58,775 nt of DNA, filler included, from Sphacelaria rigidula (GCA_964200075.2; 6 parts of 6 records of this genome joined end to end with filler, not necessarily neighbours in it), one strand, 5' to 3'; shown: positions 24,834 through 39,334, counted from the first letter of the whole stretch. The notes: generated from the sequence alone by a model not told the origin. Numbers and translations: made by a program.

Positions 24834-27800
24834 AATCCAACGAGAGATATTGATGGGAAATACACGCGTCACCTACAAACGACGATCTGGCTCGCAAGAA
24901 ATGAATTATGTTTCTGGTACATTTATTCAAGCCTCGGAATGGTCGGTGTTGAGGTGATTTTGTTCCTCCCGAAAGCTCGCTCCACATCAGTAGATGGACA
25001 ATCTTGTTGCACTAGCTAGTGTCCTGCTTCTGTCTGTACCAGTCGGGAAACACACGCCCGCGAGCTTCCACCCCACGTTTACCGTCATTGCGAAGATTAC
25101 AAAACAAGAGCACGAACAGCAGCTGTTGTGGCCGCTACACACCAACGTGACTGCAGTGAACGGCGTGCCTGACATGGTGCTGGAACGATAAAAGTACGGC
25201 AATTTGGAGCTCATGAGCAGCAGCGTCGCGCATCCGAAAAATACTGAGAATGATGCTGATGATGTTGACGATCAAGAGGTTCATGCTGTGCGGATTGGCC
25301 ACGCGCTGCATGTCCTACTCACAGCTATGACTGCGGGATTGCAGAGTGAATTTCTCATGGGCCCCATGGGGTCAGGGTCATGGCATGAGTGCAAGGAATC
25401 CCATCTTGTCAGTCACTTGGGCACGGTCTGGTTCTCCCTGTCCAGATCAACATCTTCAACGTCAAGTTTTCCCTATTTTCAGTATGTACAGGCAGTCACT
25501 TGAAACATCGTGGCTCTGCTGACCTAGGCATACATGGTGCGCAGTCTGAAATCAAAATCACTCTTCGCACCTTGGCTTCTCCGCCGGAACCCGCAGACAC
25601 AACAGCCAAAGTTTATGTGTGACCTCGCTCTCTGCAACTCAATGCATGAAGGGTACTCGCTGTTGCAAGGCGAATTTGCCCTTTGTGCACAGCCGTACAG
25701 AACAAAGCAGCACCTGGTGGCATCCACAAAGTGAAATGCCATCCGTCACACACTGCTCGCCGCAAGAAAGAAAACACGCAGCCCAAAACGAAGCTTATAG
25801 GCCACCGCATAGTTTGCATCTCAGTCTGATATTATTGATAGTATATACAGTTACTAAATACATGACCGCGGTCACCAGCAGATGTAACGCACATACTCGT
25901 ACTAAAATAGCCCTCTACGCCTTGGCTTGTGCACTCGAGCCCTGACATGAAGCAGCCACCAGTCTTGTCTTTCTGCTGTTAACTCTGCCTCTGTAATTCG
26001 AGACTTCAAAGGATACTCGCCGTTGAAAGGCGAAGTTGCGCTTTGTGCACAGCCGCTCACAACAAAGGAGCGCCTGGGGGCACGCAACCCAAGTGCATGT
26101 TGTCACAACTTGCTTGCGGCAGGAAAAGTAGTATGCGCACCGAACTTTTTTTAATTTGCCATCTTCGACCTCGAAAGACGGTACTGATCCTCAACCCAAA
26201 AGTGCCGATCGCGTAACGCTTACAACTCGGCAACGAAGTGGGGGATTGGACTGCGGTTTCTTGGGTGCGCTTCCAACAAACCCAAGCTATGTCACCTAGT
26301 TTGGTTTTGAGTTTGCGCGTGATGGTGACTCGCAAATTACCTAAATATACTAGAATATATTTTTTCCGCTCTGGAAGGGGATTTTAATGCCGCTGACGCG
26401 ACGCCAGCAAAGTATCAAACTAGGTCCCCTGGATCTTGTGTGTATGCGGAGGGCTGTCAAGTGCCGTGGACCGGCTTGCTTCCTGTGTCGAGAACCGCGC
26501 GTTTTCCAGTACTGCAGCTTTCCCATACAACACCAACTTGATAAGTGATGTAGCGTGTGTTCAGTTCGTGAGGGCCTCGGCACAGGTCCGACCACCTACT
26601 GACGTGTTCATTATTCCTCTGCCTCCTGTGTATGGAAAGCGCACGCATCAAACCGCAGTCCAATCCTCTGCCTTGTTGCCGAGAAAATAGAGTTGAAAGA
26701 TGAGCACAGCAACATACTGCAACAAGAGGTGCACAACAACAACACGAGCAGCACCTTCTATATTTCTGTTGTGGTAACCCTGTGTACAGGTGTAAAGCAA
26801 CGTCAGTCACAGGTTTGTTGCAGAATGTACTATAGCAAAAGTACATTTTGTATGAGCGCCGTCGTCATTTCGAGTGACGCGTGTACTTGTGATTGATTCT
26901 GATTAGCTCATTTAGGTTTCATCTCTTCTGGATTCAAGTGACTGTGGAGTTGGTCGGTCCATTTTCCAGGTATATAGTGCCCAAAATCGGGCCCCAATCA
27001 CCCCCACAACAGTGTTGAGTGCCATTCCCTTTCAAAGGTATAGAGGCTTTTATGCTCTCAATTTTCAGTACAACGAATTGATGTGATTCAGAGAAGCACG
27101 AGAATAGCACACAATATTTTCCCGCAGCTGCCCTCCGCATTGGGTAGCAGAGTCGACTGCAAAAAACACTCTGCGCATTGTGAACCAAGTAAGGCGATGA
27201 AGGTAAAAAATCCGCAAGAGGTCGGCCAAGTCAACGTTGGCAGATCACGATAATCTCCAGTAAGAGCCATCAACTATCTGATTAAGAGTCGATACTGGTA
27301 AAACACAACAGCTACCACTACTGTGGCTGTCAGACTGTCATGACATCTTCACAGATAGCTCTGGTACTCTGCAAGGAGACTTTACACCCTGCATAGTCGC
27401 CTGGGCAATAGTCCATGGCAGAGGCCGCAGTACGCACCGAAACAGTAACTCGGCCAGCTCTCGCGCTAGATGACGCGGGGACACAGAACCCAGCAATTTC
27501 AGTGACATGGCGAACCCTGGACCGTGCTTGTTAGCTCTGTTCCTTCGATCGTTCACCCGTGAGCGGGAAAAGTTTTACGAGATAAGTGGCTAGAGTTTCT
27601 GCTGCCCCCATACCGGTTTCTGTGGCACCGTCTCTAATCGTCAGACGACAATGGTTCCAAAGAAAAAAGGGCGCCATACTCACAATCATCGTTTCAACCC
27701 ACACACCGCCCAGAACGACGTTGGCCACCTACACGATCACTTCAACACCGACCGCCGGCATCGAGCAAAATGCTGGAAGTTTCAGCGTCATCTAGTGCCA

Positions 27801-29339
27801 CGTGCTCAGTTTCTCGATCAACACCTCGTAGAAAAAGACTCGAGGGAACAATACTGTTGATGAACTCTCGTCAGGCCCAGGTCCGTTCGCGAGGGCTGAG
27901 AATTATACCTTTTTCGCTCCCGCCTGCTTACTACTTATTTTCTTCCTGGAGTTCGGAATAATTGTTTTGGTGTAGAGACAGCGTCTGCATGAGGAAAGCC
28001 GGAGACCGTTTCCACGTACATGCCGCACGCCACCGTAGGGTTATTCGTTTCTCGTGCCTAAGCCGGGGCCAGCGGTATTGTCGCTTCACCACATTTTTTT
28101 CACCTGCTTTTCAGAGGCCATTCTCGAAACCTCGGAGCCAAGTGAATCGGACAAGTGGGCTGGATTCCTCTCGGTGCGGTGATGCAAATTGTCCAAGATC
28201 TGTGGTCGCGATTGTCCCTGGTAGGGGACCAAAACCGTGTCGAATGTTCAAAAAATGGAAATAAGCCCCCCCCCCCTCCCCCCAAATACCAAATGTAAGA
28301 ACGGTCTGAAGTACACATTTTGGCTGTCCATGAAAGAATGTCGGTAAAGTACGTGAAATGCTGGAAATAGTAATTTTGCTATGTACGTCACCGTAAAGAG
28401 ATGGGGTCAAAAGGTTTGCTCAACCTACCGAAGATAGTGTATGTCAAGACGTGCCTCGGCGTTTGGCATCAGTCAGGGGATCGCCAGAGTGTAGGTATGC
28501 CCGATCTGCAATTATTAGGCTTCTTGTAGTTCAGTCAAACGAATAACTTCTTTACGGTATATTCCTTGAACGAAAACGAGGGGCGTTTCTGCGGTGGTCG
28601 CCGCTACTGGTTTGGAGGTATCGAACCGGTCGTGGAACCGATCCCAACCGTATGGTACCATAGTGCCGCACGGTGATAAATTGCTGTACACTATTAATAC
28701 ATGTCAATAGTCATCGCGAGAGGGCATGATGTCATCGATTTTACTCATAAGGTCAGAGCCCACGCGAACTATAAACCACCTCCACGATGAGGTGCTGCAA
28801 GCGCGGCTACAGTATGTGCGCTCATGAGAGTGTCTCCTGCTTTAATTTCAACGAAATTTAAACGCCTCCTGCCCCAACTCCCTAGGCCACGAGCTCCTGG
28901 TTGGGTGGGCACCACGAGTTTTTTAGGAGGTGACGCTCACCGCTGCGCTCCCAAACGCGTTGTTTTCGTGTGTACGTCAGCTTGTGCCCGTCCTGCTCAC
29001 TTCGCTGTGGGGGGCATGGGGTGAAATCCCGCAAACTTCAGACACCAGAGTCCACCACCACCCAACCACACCCGCTCGCATCGCCTAAAAGACGTACACC
29101 CCCAAGTATGCGGCGCCGTTCAGCTTTTCAGGAAGAACAGGTGTTTGTCACCACATGCATGTACTACCGTTGACAGGGTCACGTGTATCGTGCCGGGCTG
29201 TTTGAAATATTACCGTCCTGATCAGATGGTGATACGACTGGTGGCGACCCATGCACGAGTATCGATGATGTTTGGCCCGAGGGAGAGAGTTGTCGACGGT
29301 TGTTACGACTCGCTCCCGAGGCCCGCCGGGGCTCGTGGT

Positions 29340-29439
29340 NNNNNNNNNNNNNNNNNNNNNNNNNNNNNNNNNNNNNNNNNNNNTTAATTAATTAANNNNN
29401 NNNNNNNNNNNNNNNNNNNNNNNNNNNNNNNNNNNNNNN
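29340..29439. other. Artificial contig linker
   Basis: N44-TTAATTAATTAA-N44. Confidence 0.98.
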
Positions 29440-29586
29440 GGTCCGGCGAATCCCGGCGTGCTCCGTCCCGGCTTTGTATGGATGCGAGGTCAATGGTCTT
29501 ATGACAATGGCATGCATGATCATGAGTACACCGCCCCCCCCCAAATTCATAAAGATGATGTATCTTGAATATGTGGGGTGTCTCAC

Positions 29587-32500
29587 GGCGTTGTTTGCCC
29601 TTTTTTGCCGTAAGGCCGCTTGAGTTTTGGCCGCCTCGCTCTTCACGGACTCCGTCGTGGTAGCAGCGTCTTCTTCCAGGGCCTCGGGAGGAGCGACTCG
29701 GGAGACTGCCGCCGCAGCAGCAGAGGCTGCCTTGGCGGCGTTGAGGCAGGCAGCGTGCAGCAGCAAACGACTCCATCCGCGGAACAGCAGACATTTTTCA
29801 TTATCCGCGCACACGCGGGCGATCTGCAACGTGCAGGCATGGGAGGTACCGTGATCAACAGCTACGACCATCACGGACACGAGTTCCTAGATGTACTTGA
29901 ACAATACTGCTGATACCGCTGCTGTCCTCGCTACACACGCCGCATAGCCGCACGTAGCTTTATCTGGCAATGCTGTACTGTAATATCAGACGGAAAGTGA
30001 ATGTCCGTCGAACGCCCTTGCTGGATGTTGGGCAATCATGATTTCATCAAGAAGTCGGTGAGTGGCGCAATGTTGCGTATTTTTAGTACTCCAACCACTC
30101 GATGACGGGCTGGGTTATCGTCGACACAAACTGGTCAACGCGTAGAAGCGAGTTGTGTTCGCGGGCGCTGCGAGAGGATGCAGAGGATGCGGGGCCATGT
30201 GAAAGCAAATGGGAAACTCGTCCGAGTGCAGGAAGAAATAGATAAGTCAGAGACACAGAAAAATAAACTCCTGTTTTCAGGATATCCGGCGGTTTACAAC
30301 TGGTAGCAAGCACAGTGCCGTTCAGTAGGAAAAACGTTTCAGACGTACTGGGTACAAGCTTACGCTCATCGCCACTTCTGCAACAGCGATACCATCAATC
30401 GTATCGCTCCCCTTGCTTCAAGGAATGACAAGTATCTGCGTGCTTCGCTCTTCCTAAATCAATCCATGTTGACCCTGAACCCGTCCCCATCATCCTGCTG
30501 GCCCATGATTGCAGTGACATACATGTTCGATCCTGACCCCGAATCACACTTACAAGTCGTGCCGCACCGGAGTTTCGCGCCGTATCGTGGAATTCCTGAT
30601 GATCGTCACAAGCGACGGCGCCCGCAGAGACAGCCGCCGCAACCCTACCGGATTTTCTTTTCATCCCCTTCGCCGAAGTGGCTCGTGTGGTGACACAACC
30701 GGCGCCTACCGCTCCCTCGGCGACATGTAGGGAGGCGACATGAAGGCACAGGCGGCTCCAACCCCGAAACATGAGCCGTTTTTGCTTATCAACACACACG
30801 CGGGCGATCTGACCCAGAAGATTAAAACACGCACGAGCAACAAAACGCGGGTGGAAGAACGCGGGAACACCACAGGCGAAAGCCCGCAATATCCACGTGA
30901 GGCACGTACTAAACGAACGTAAGCATTCTGCGTCACACACCGTGTTTGGCGATTTCACTGATACGAGGCGTGGAACTGAACGATTGTCTGCTTATACAGT
31001 CAAATTTCAAGCATAAGGTATTCAGTTGGCGAATGATTGGTGTTCGCCCAATTTTCATGCGCCAACACTCTTCTGGCCTTGCAGTATATGACTCACCTTT
31101 CCAGTACGGCTTTCGGTTCAGCATAATCTCGGTATGTGTATGCAGACATTACGCGTGCAGTCGCAACCTCGCTACATTCTGACGCAGTGAGCGGTACGTA
31201 CGTTCTACATTGCGTGCGTAAATTGTCTGAGGCAACGGACACATTCTTGTCAACTACAGAGTAGGGGTTAGTTACGTTGATCAGAGTAGCGAAATCACTA
31301 CGATGATGATAGGGTCTGTCCAACATCTACAGCATTGATGACGCAATCGCGTTATGTTTCAGAAACTTTTACATTGGCAACCTCTAGAATGTGCCAGTGG
31401 CGTATCCGCGTAAGGGCTTCGGTGGTGACGACATTTCATCCACAAGGATATTATGCATGATTGCATCACCCCGGTCGCACGCACTGTTGAATGGGTGGTG
31501 AAACTCTGGAAAAAAACGTCGAAGTGGTCAAGATCCTAAAAAGCTATAGGCGGGAACTGAAATACACGCTCATCGAACGATAACGAGTCTTTAATTCACG
31601 GTTGTGGTGATATTCTAGGTTTGAGGAAGGGTCCGTTTCGTCAATAACGTGTGTGTAGTAGTAAGATTTGCTTTAACATCACACCAATGCATCAGCGATA
31701 AAAAAACGTCCGCTCACTTTGACGGATTTTCCCCTGGTAGTTGCTGTGAACGGGCCACGATTCTAACCCAGGACCATGTGGTCACTAGTAAACTAGATTT
31801 TTCTCCTAGTGTCGCCAATATAAAAGGGGGAAGGTCGTCGATAAACAGTTGTGATGATTCAGCTCCTCCTATAGCTTGATACTCCTTTTTGGTTCTGACC
31901 CGACTCACAAAACCAGCATGAACTAGTGTGGATGCACGAAGATCCACGGTGTTTGTACCGAAACATTGTCGTCTCACCATTCTGCCGGCCTTATGCTGTC
32001 TGTTCGCCCGCATGAGCTTCTCCGCCTTCTCCGCCCTTTCGTTAAGCTCTGTCGGTACCATCGAAACCCCTGTTACTTGTTGAACCCCCTTACTCGCTGT
32101 CGCTCCGATCCCGGCGGCTCTCACCGCAGCAGCGGCGGCGTTGAGGGCGGCACTGTGTACGCACAATCGGCTCCACGCGCGGAATACGGACCGTTTGTCC
32201 TTCTCGCGTGCCCACCGAATAATCTGCAAGTGTCGTTGGGGAATAATGAAAATAAAGCATAAATCCAAAAATATATATAACCGCACGGGAAAACGTCAAC
32301 GTCTGGCTCGGACAGTTTTGAACGAAACTTCTGAGAGTTTTGTCCCCGCAAAACCTGAACACTTTTTAAAATGAAGCGGTATATTTGAAAAAGAGATGTA
32401 TCGATACGTAACCGACCCTCCTCGTCTATCTTCAACAAATGGAGACACCGTGACCTTTTACGTAGTGATCTACTATTCCATGTCGGTCAGGGTAGAAGAA

Positions 32501-35500
32501 GCTAGCCGTCTACGAAACGAGGAAGGGTGAAGGCATGTTGAGCACAGTAAATGCCTCATGAGCGTTGTGCAATGCTTCTGTTGACTGGCATCAAACGCTG
32601 CAACGACATAACGCCAGAATTCGGCGTTGTGAAACAAAGCAATTGTCCTCAGTATTGATGAAAATGACCGCCCAGCTGCCTCGAAATAGATACGTTGCCT
32701 TTAAACACACCTCCTTCGCGTTCATTATTCACGGGAAACATGTCTTTCATAATTCATGTCGGAATCGACAAGGTGTAACTACACGATTTGAGGTATTACC
32801 AGGCGCTTCGCCTCATTAATCCGCTGTCTCTGTTCATCGTGCTCTGCCATCTCCGCCCGCCTCCTCTTTCTCGAAGCTACATCAGCAGCAGCAATGGCTG
32901 CAGCGGCTTCTCTTTCCATGGCATCCGCCCTGGTGGCTCTAGCCGTGGCTGTAGTGGCCACCTCTTCTGCCTCAGCGACACAGAGTGAGGCGGCGTGCAG
33001 ACATAGCCGGCTCCATCCACGGAATAGTCGGCGCCTATCTCCGTTCCTACAAACGCATGCAATCTGGGTACGTGCACGTGTCCCATGAATGGGCATGGGT
33101 TTTGACGGGATATGGTTCAGCACGGGGTTTGAAGTGGGAGGTATAGTAGATTTGAAGCATGTGGGTGGTGAGAGCATGATACGGCATTAATGTAGGAGGG
33201 TCGGTTGGATGGTTCGATAGGGGGGAACTTTGGGACATTATAATAATTGCAGCATTTTTTGGCGTTTTGTGAAAGAAAGAGTCCCTAGTACAACCCCCCT
33301 ATTCCCGACTAGATATCATTAGATACCGAAAGCGTACTCACCTGCCGGGCTGCGAATTGGCGTTTCTGCTGAACCGTATCTAGTCTACCACCTTTCCCGT
33401 ATCTTCTAGCCTCCGGCCCTTGAGCAACAGCCGTGAATACTCCGTCCCGTCGAGATGCTGCCATTGTTTCTCGGGATGCCGCATTGCCAGCGATATCGGC
33501 GGCCTCCCGTTCCATCGCGTTTGCCCTTGCAGACCGTGCATGGGGCGTAGCAGCGGCCGAATCCCCCCCTGCGTCGGTGGAGGAGGCTGCATTGAGACAG
33601 AGTCGACGCCACCCGCGGTACAATAGACGATGATTGTCGCTGCTGGTCATCCGAACGACCTAGCGAAGCGAGCACAACAGGTTTTCCCCACAAGCAAGGA
33701 CGAGCGTGTTTTAGAGGTTACTTTGCCGACACGAGTCGCATAGTATTCTGATGCTGTTCGACTCTCTTCGAAATGCTGCTCCCTAGGGATTGGAGCTCTG
33801 ACACGGCAAGGTGAGCTACAGCAAAAAATGTGGATGCACGGAGGAAATGAGAGCCAGAACGCTCCAAGGGAACAGCGTATCAGCCCTGGTCGTCTGCCGC
33901 AGCTTTAACATGTACAAACCGACACGTCGTACTCTCACCTATTCGAAACCTGTGGCCACGGGCAAATGTACGACTTCGGATGCCCTTGGCCTTTTGAGCG
34001 AACTATAATCTCACCAAAATACCCAAAAACCGGTGGCGATGTTTCCGAAGCGCTCCCTCTGCCTCTTCCGTCCTCTTCCGTAGATCCTCCACCCCTGTCG
34101 CCGTTCCGGTTGCTCCAGACATCGTTACTTCCCTCACCGTCGCAGAATCCGCGTCTAACTTTATTCGTTCACCCATATGTTTCCACACCTCCACCTTCTC
34201 TTCCGCAGCGGCTGTTTGCCTCTCTAGCGCTTCAGCGCGGGCCGTTCTCGCCACAGCAGCGGAGACAGCCGCCAATCCCTCAGTAGCGTTGAGGGAAGCC
34301 GCATGGGAACATAGTCGACTCCAGCCCCGGAAAATAAGACGACGTTCTCTGATTCGCCACCCGTTCACAATCTGACGATGTAGCGAAGGGAGAAAAGCGT
34401 GGCCATGAGCTGCGTCTTCATTGCCAAGAAATGGGCAACCATGGTTCGAGTTGTTTCAATACGTGAAATATTCATCAGGGCCTTGAAAAAGTGTAATGTG
34501 GACAAGCCCGTAGCTCTCGTGCGCGGCGTCTCAGGTGTCAGCGAGCCATGAGAATCAGATTCACCCCCAGCGGCACCGGTGTCGAAGGAAATTCCTCTAG
34601 ACTACACGTTCCGTAGAGCTCCTGCTGTCTTCAATTCGACCGTAGCTACGTCATAGCAGAATACACCTACGCACGCTCGACCGGGACAGCGCTAACAACC
34701 ACGGTGCAAACTCGATAACGACACTATGCACAAGCTTCTCACCAGCCGTATGGCGAGGTGCTGCTGCTGCTGCTGCTGCTGCAGTTGGGCGTTCAAGACT
34801 CTGGAGTGATTGCTTTTCCACGAGTAATGATACCCTTTTCGCCCCTGTCCAACGCCGTTCTCAACGAAGTGTTTGTCGACGTAGTCCACGGTTGCTTCTC
34901 CAGCAGCATTTACAGAAGCAGTGTGCACGCGTAACCGACTCCAGGCCCGAAAAAGTGAGTGCGTTTCTCTTTCCCTGCAAACGTGATACAACTGTTCATG
35001 CAGAACGAATAGACGCATGGTGAGCTGTTCTTGTTATTCCAGACAACCGATCGTTCACATTTTAAAAAGTTCATCTTCGATAGTTTCTGGGTGTGTCAAC
35101 GCCACGGCTCTGGTGGCGTTACTGTCGTTAGGCATTTACGACACACGTTATCTGCGCTGGAAGGCCAGACGTTTCCACTGTTCCCCGAATATAGATACAA
35201 TAAACCGACGTTTGAAACAGATCCCAACCTCACCAGGTGTGCAGCTTGTCGTTGTCGATCCCATTGCTTTCCCCCTGGTTCCAGTTTCACCGCATCGAAT
35301 GATGCTGTGGACTGCCCCCTGGATATTGTCGCCACCGTTGGGACTTTCGCGTTGTTAGAAAGGCGTGCAGCCTCCCAGGTGTGCCGACAAAGGCGAATCC
35401 ATGCTCTAGTTTTCGCTTGCTTCGTGTACTCTCTTGAGTATCGAGCAATCTGAGAAGGCATGTACATATTTTCCATTGAAAAGCATTCCCGAAAGGAGTT

Positions 35501-37826
35501 AATACAAATCAGGGCCTTGAGAACATCATCCAACTTTCGCTATACTCAACCGACATGGCAAGTTCATTTTGATATCGTTTCCCCGAGTTCTATCCGTTAC
35601 AAGCGCCTGTAACAACGGCATTTCCTCCACAAATGAAAACGATGACTTATTCCGGCCCGCAAAACATCTCCCAAAAATAAGAGCCTTTACTCGGCCGTAT
35701 AATACGAAAATAGCAATGTTCAACTAGGTTAGCTCATTTTGTGCTTGAAATTCGTTTTTCAAATAAGCAAGAATTGCCGCTACTTCACTTCGAGAAGAGC
35801 GTAGCGACGCCGAAAGTGGTCCCCGAAACACGCACCTCCTCCCAAAGAGAATGGCAGAAAAAATGTGCATCAAACATCGTGTTGAAAGACCCCGAAGTAA
35901 AGTGCTACGAAAGTGATAATATGTACACAGTACAACAGAGTTAAAGACATGGGCAGGTGGTGAACGACACAAACAGTTGAACATAGAGTATCTGAAAATC
36001 GGTCAGGCATTTCTTGCATGTTGCCTGGAACTTATGTTACTGTAGTTTCAGACGATAAACGAGTCAGTTTTCTCTAAATATTTCACTGTGCTCTGTCACT
36101 CACCAGTCGACGCATAAGAGTCTTTCGCTTTGTTCGATCTCCGGAGTCACTGCTTGACTTTCGAGTCAAACTATCGTTGTCGGCAGCGATTGGTCCTCGT
36201 TTGAAAGGACCGCCGACTGCAGATCCATGGGATGGGGCAGGAGAAGATTTATCAGAGGAACATTTCATCTCTTGAAGCAGATCGACGTCGGCGAATCCGA
36301 GATGGCCTGCCAAAACTTGGTTTAACCGGCGCATGCGATCAGCGGACAATCGCCGCTCGCGGTCCACAAAGTCTTGTTGCTGCTTCGTGAGAAAGTGCTG
36401 CCAAGACGTATGCCAAGTGCAGGATGAAAGGATGAAAGGATTGAAGGAAAAAGCAACATCACGACACACGAGTACGCTTGCTGTCGTTGTGTTTCTTCAA
36501 GAAAAGCGTACGTTGTAGTAACAACCGAAGTAAGACCAGGCACAAGCGTCGCGGTCAGTAGATATGCTGCAAGATCGGGACTTCGGACCACTGGATCACT
36601 CGAGAAGTACAACTTCCCTCAACCCCCTACTACAACCAACAGACACACGAAGAGCAGTCATCGCTGGAGCAAGGTTCATTCTCCTCAACGACGATACCAG
36701 CGATGGACGGATAAATCGCACCTACTCTAATGAAACTCACTTCTCTGAGTGTCCCAATAGCAGGAAGAGAACCAGCTGGTATAACCGGTGGCGGCGGTAC
36801 CCCGCCGGAGGACACGTCGCTCACAGAAAGCGTGTCCAGCAAGTCAAGGCCGCCATTCCATCGCCTGCGATTATCGCCAATTCCTTCTCTGCTGCTAAAT
36901 TCACCTGTACTGTAATGACCCCCAACATCACTTATGTCGCTGCCAGCACCGTTAGCACTTTGAGTGGCGCCCTCATCATAACCATGGTCTTGCGTCCCAC
37001 CTCGTTCATGCCGTTGACTAAATGAGTCCAGATCCCCCTTGTCTTCATGAGTTGCTGGGGGTATCCCTTTCGACCTGGATATATGGTGTCTGAAATCTCG
37101 AGCGTCCGCTACATTTGACCTCGATGGTCGACGATCGGGTGTAGATAGTGGAGAGTTGAGCGGGGCGTTATCGTCCCAGGATTCCTCCAGCGCAAGAAGG
37201 CCATCACGTGCCGCGGCCACGGCGCGGTCGAAGGGCCAACTGCTCTGTAGTCGAGGGTGATTCTGCGGCTGCGGTCGTCGTCCTGTGGTACTCGCCCTGA
37301 CGGTGAAGCCGTCGATAGCGGCAACTTCTCTTGGGCGCTTTCGGGTAGTTGTAGAAACATGATCCGAAGCAGTATTGATATCGCTATGGGGAATACTCCC
37401 CTTTCGGGAAAGACTCCCTCTTGAAAAGTTGGGATCACGATCATCGTTGGAGGCCGTGTTGTTGCCAAGCCGTTGACGCTGCGATTCTGAATCCTCGAGG
37501 CTTGAGCCCATCTGCGTGCCAGCACCCCCGCCGCGTTTTGCGCTGCTTGCGGTGCCCCCAAAGTTTTCATGATCAGCGGAGAATAGTAGCGGCGCATCGC
37601 TCACGGGGGATAGACCAAAGCTATCCACTGATGGTGTGTTCCTGATGCCACCGTGGCCATGGCGGCCGTCAACAGCTGTCGCAAGGTCGTGTCGTGTAGG
37701 ATCGGGATCTGCCTGTGTTGGGAAGGATGACAGCAGGCCGACCCCGAATCCAGAGGGCTCGCTGATGGAAACATCATCTCCTGTTGCATACGGTGACAAG
37801 GAATCGGCCGTCACATCTGAATCCAT
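29587..37826 (-). CDS. Uncharacterised large protein: disordered N-terminus followed by at least 8 exon-encoded 'LFRGWSRLCxH' helical repeats (Sfi1-like?), 3' truncated
   Basis: Exons 37826-36741, 36397-36104 (acceptor may be 36379), 35449-35234, 34991-34743, 34371-34015, 33659-33342, 33063-32800, 32223-31978, 30808-30554 and 29823-29587. All introns are GT-AG, all exon lengths are multiples of 3, and the exons are stop-free. Confidence 0.85.
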
Positions 37827-39151
37827 CGAGTTTTATGTTGTCCTCTCGAATGAGAAGAGGTATGGTGATGCATTAGGTGAGGCACAGTGCACCAAGATCG
37901 CTGATTCGGATAATGACATAAAGGTAGCAGAAAGAGATCGAGAGAGAAAGTGACGACGCCTTGATATTTTACACATACATGCAGCAGATGTTATGTTCAT
38001 CTCCCATAAATTCACTTCTTGTGAGACTTTGATCCGAATCATGGTTCGTTTCACTGCCCTTGGACCTACCCCACATATTATATATCAACTGTTTATTCTA
38101 AAACATGTGTCGACCGTGGAAAATAACAAAAATGTATAGACTTGCATTAATTTATCATATCGCACAGACCTGTGGTTAGCGAAGGTCAGCTCGCGCCAAG
38201 GTCAGTTCGCTATCGGTCTGTGCATACACACCATGGGCCGCCGGAGGACTGGGATCTATGGCGTTGCTTCCACTTTTGATCTCAGGTGCTCTCTGTGTCG
38301 TTTGTAATACCGAAGCCCATTGTGTGCGCATTTGCGTGTCTGTTTGTGTTTGATCGGTAAGTGCAGTCCAGTCACTCCATCACCGGTAAGCGAGTATGCT
38401 CAGTTCGTCGTCGTGGAAAGGTTTTCAGCAGTGCTCTCGAGTACATATTACGGTACTCCTGAGAGGGAGCAATGCCTTTTCGGGATTTTAATTCCATTAT
38501 ACGGTGCCCGCAGTTATGTTGGCCTTGGCCCCTCACATGCAATCTTTTGATAGTTTGGTTTTCAATCGGGAACCACCAACCATCAGCTGTCAAATTTCGA
38601 ACTGAGATATCACCCCTGATTACAAATGAGGAGTATGATGTACGAGTCATGAAAGTGTGTAAGTGCAGACAAGGGTATCTGACGCTGGAGGACTCTCGGT
38701 ATTACCGTATCCATACAATAAACGATGTAAATTACATGATTTCACTCCCTACACTTCAAAAACACCCTCTTCTAGACCGTTGTTACACTAATCCGCCAAT
38801 GACTTACTCCCGACTCGGGATCTGCCCGCAACTCCTGCCAGGGACTCCTGTAGTCATCGCGTCATGGCGATCGTGCTCTGAACAAGCTCACATCTACTCG
38901 GAGAGCGTGATCACTACCGACGTGCGGTGCAGCGCACCCTCCCTGTGTAGGCCCGTCCCTGGATGTTGTGCAAGGCGACTCCTCTCAAAACACGCGGAGG
39001 GTGACAGTTGGGTAGACACCACTTTGCACAATTTTTTTCCATGACCCCAAGTTGTGCCGGCGTGCTTTTTTATCGTAGTCAACGACGCTACAGTAGTCAG
39101 CGTCAGAAGTTGTCAGAATTCGTAGTCGTCCTTTTTTCTGAGTTTTTCTGG

Positions 39152-39251
39152 NNNNNNNNNNNNNNNNNNNNNNNNNNNNNNNNNNNNNNNNNNNNTTAAT
39201 TAATTAANNNNNNNNNNNNNNNNNNNNNNNNNNNNNNNNNNNNNNNNNNNN
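39152..39251. other. Artificial contig linker
   Basis: N44-TTAATTAATTAA-N44. Confidence 0.98.
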
Positions 39252-39334
39252 AAACACCGAGGTAAAAAAAAAAATTTAATCCGCAAAAGTACCCCCCAAA
39301 CCCAACCCCCCCCCCCCCCCCCGAAAAAAAACAG

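Noticed and set aside
29301-29339. TGTTACGA resembling an LTR 5' end at the contig edge
   Set aside because: Only 39 bp are available; no second LTR, primer-binding site or coding region to support it.
38230-39044. Possible first exons of a gene divergent from the repeat-protein gene
   Set aside because: Could not build a phase-consistent model or recognise a product.
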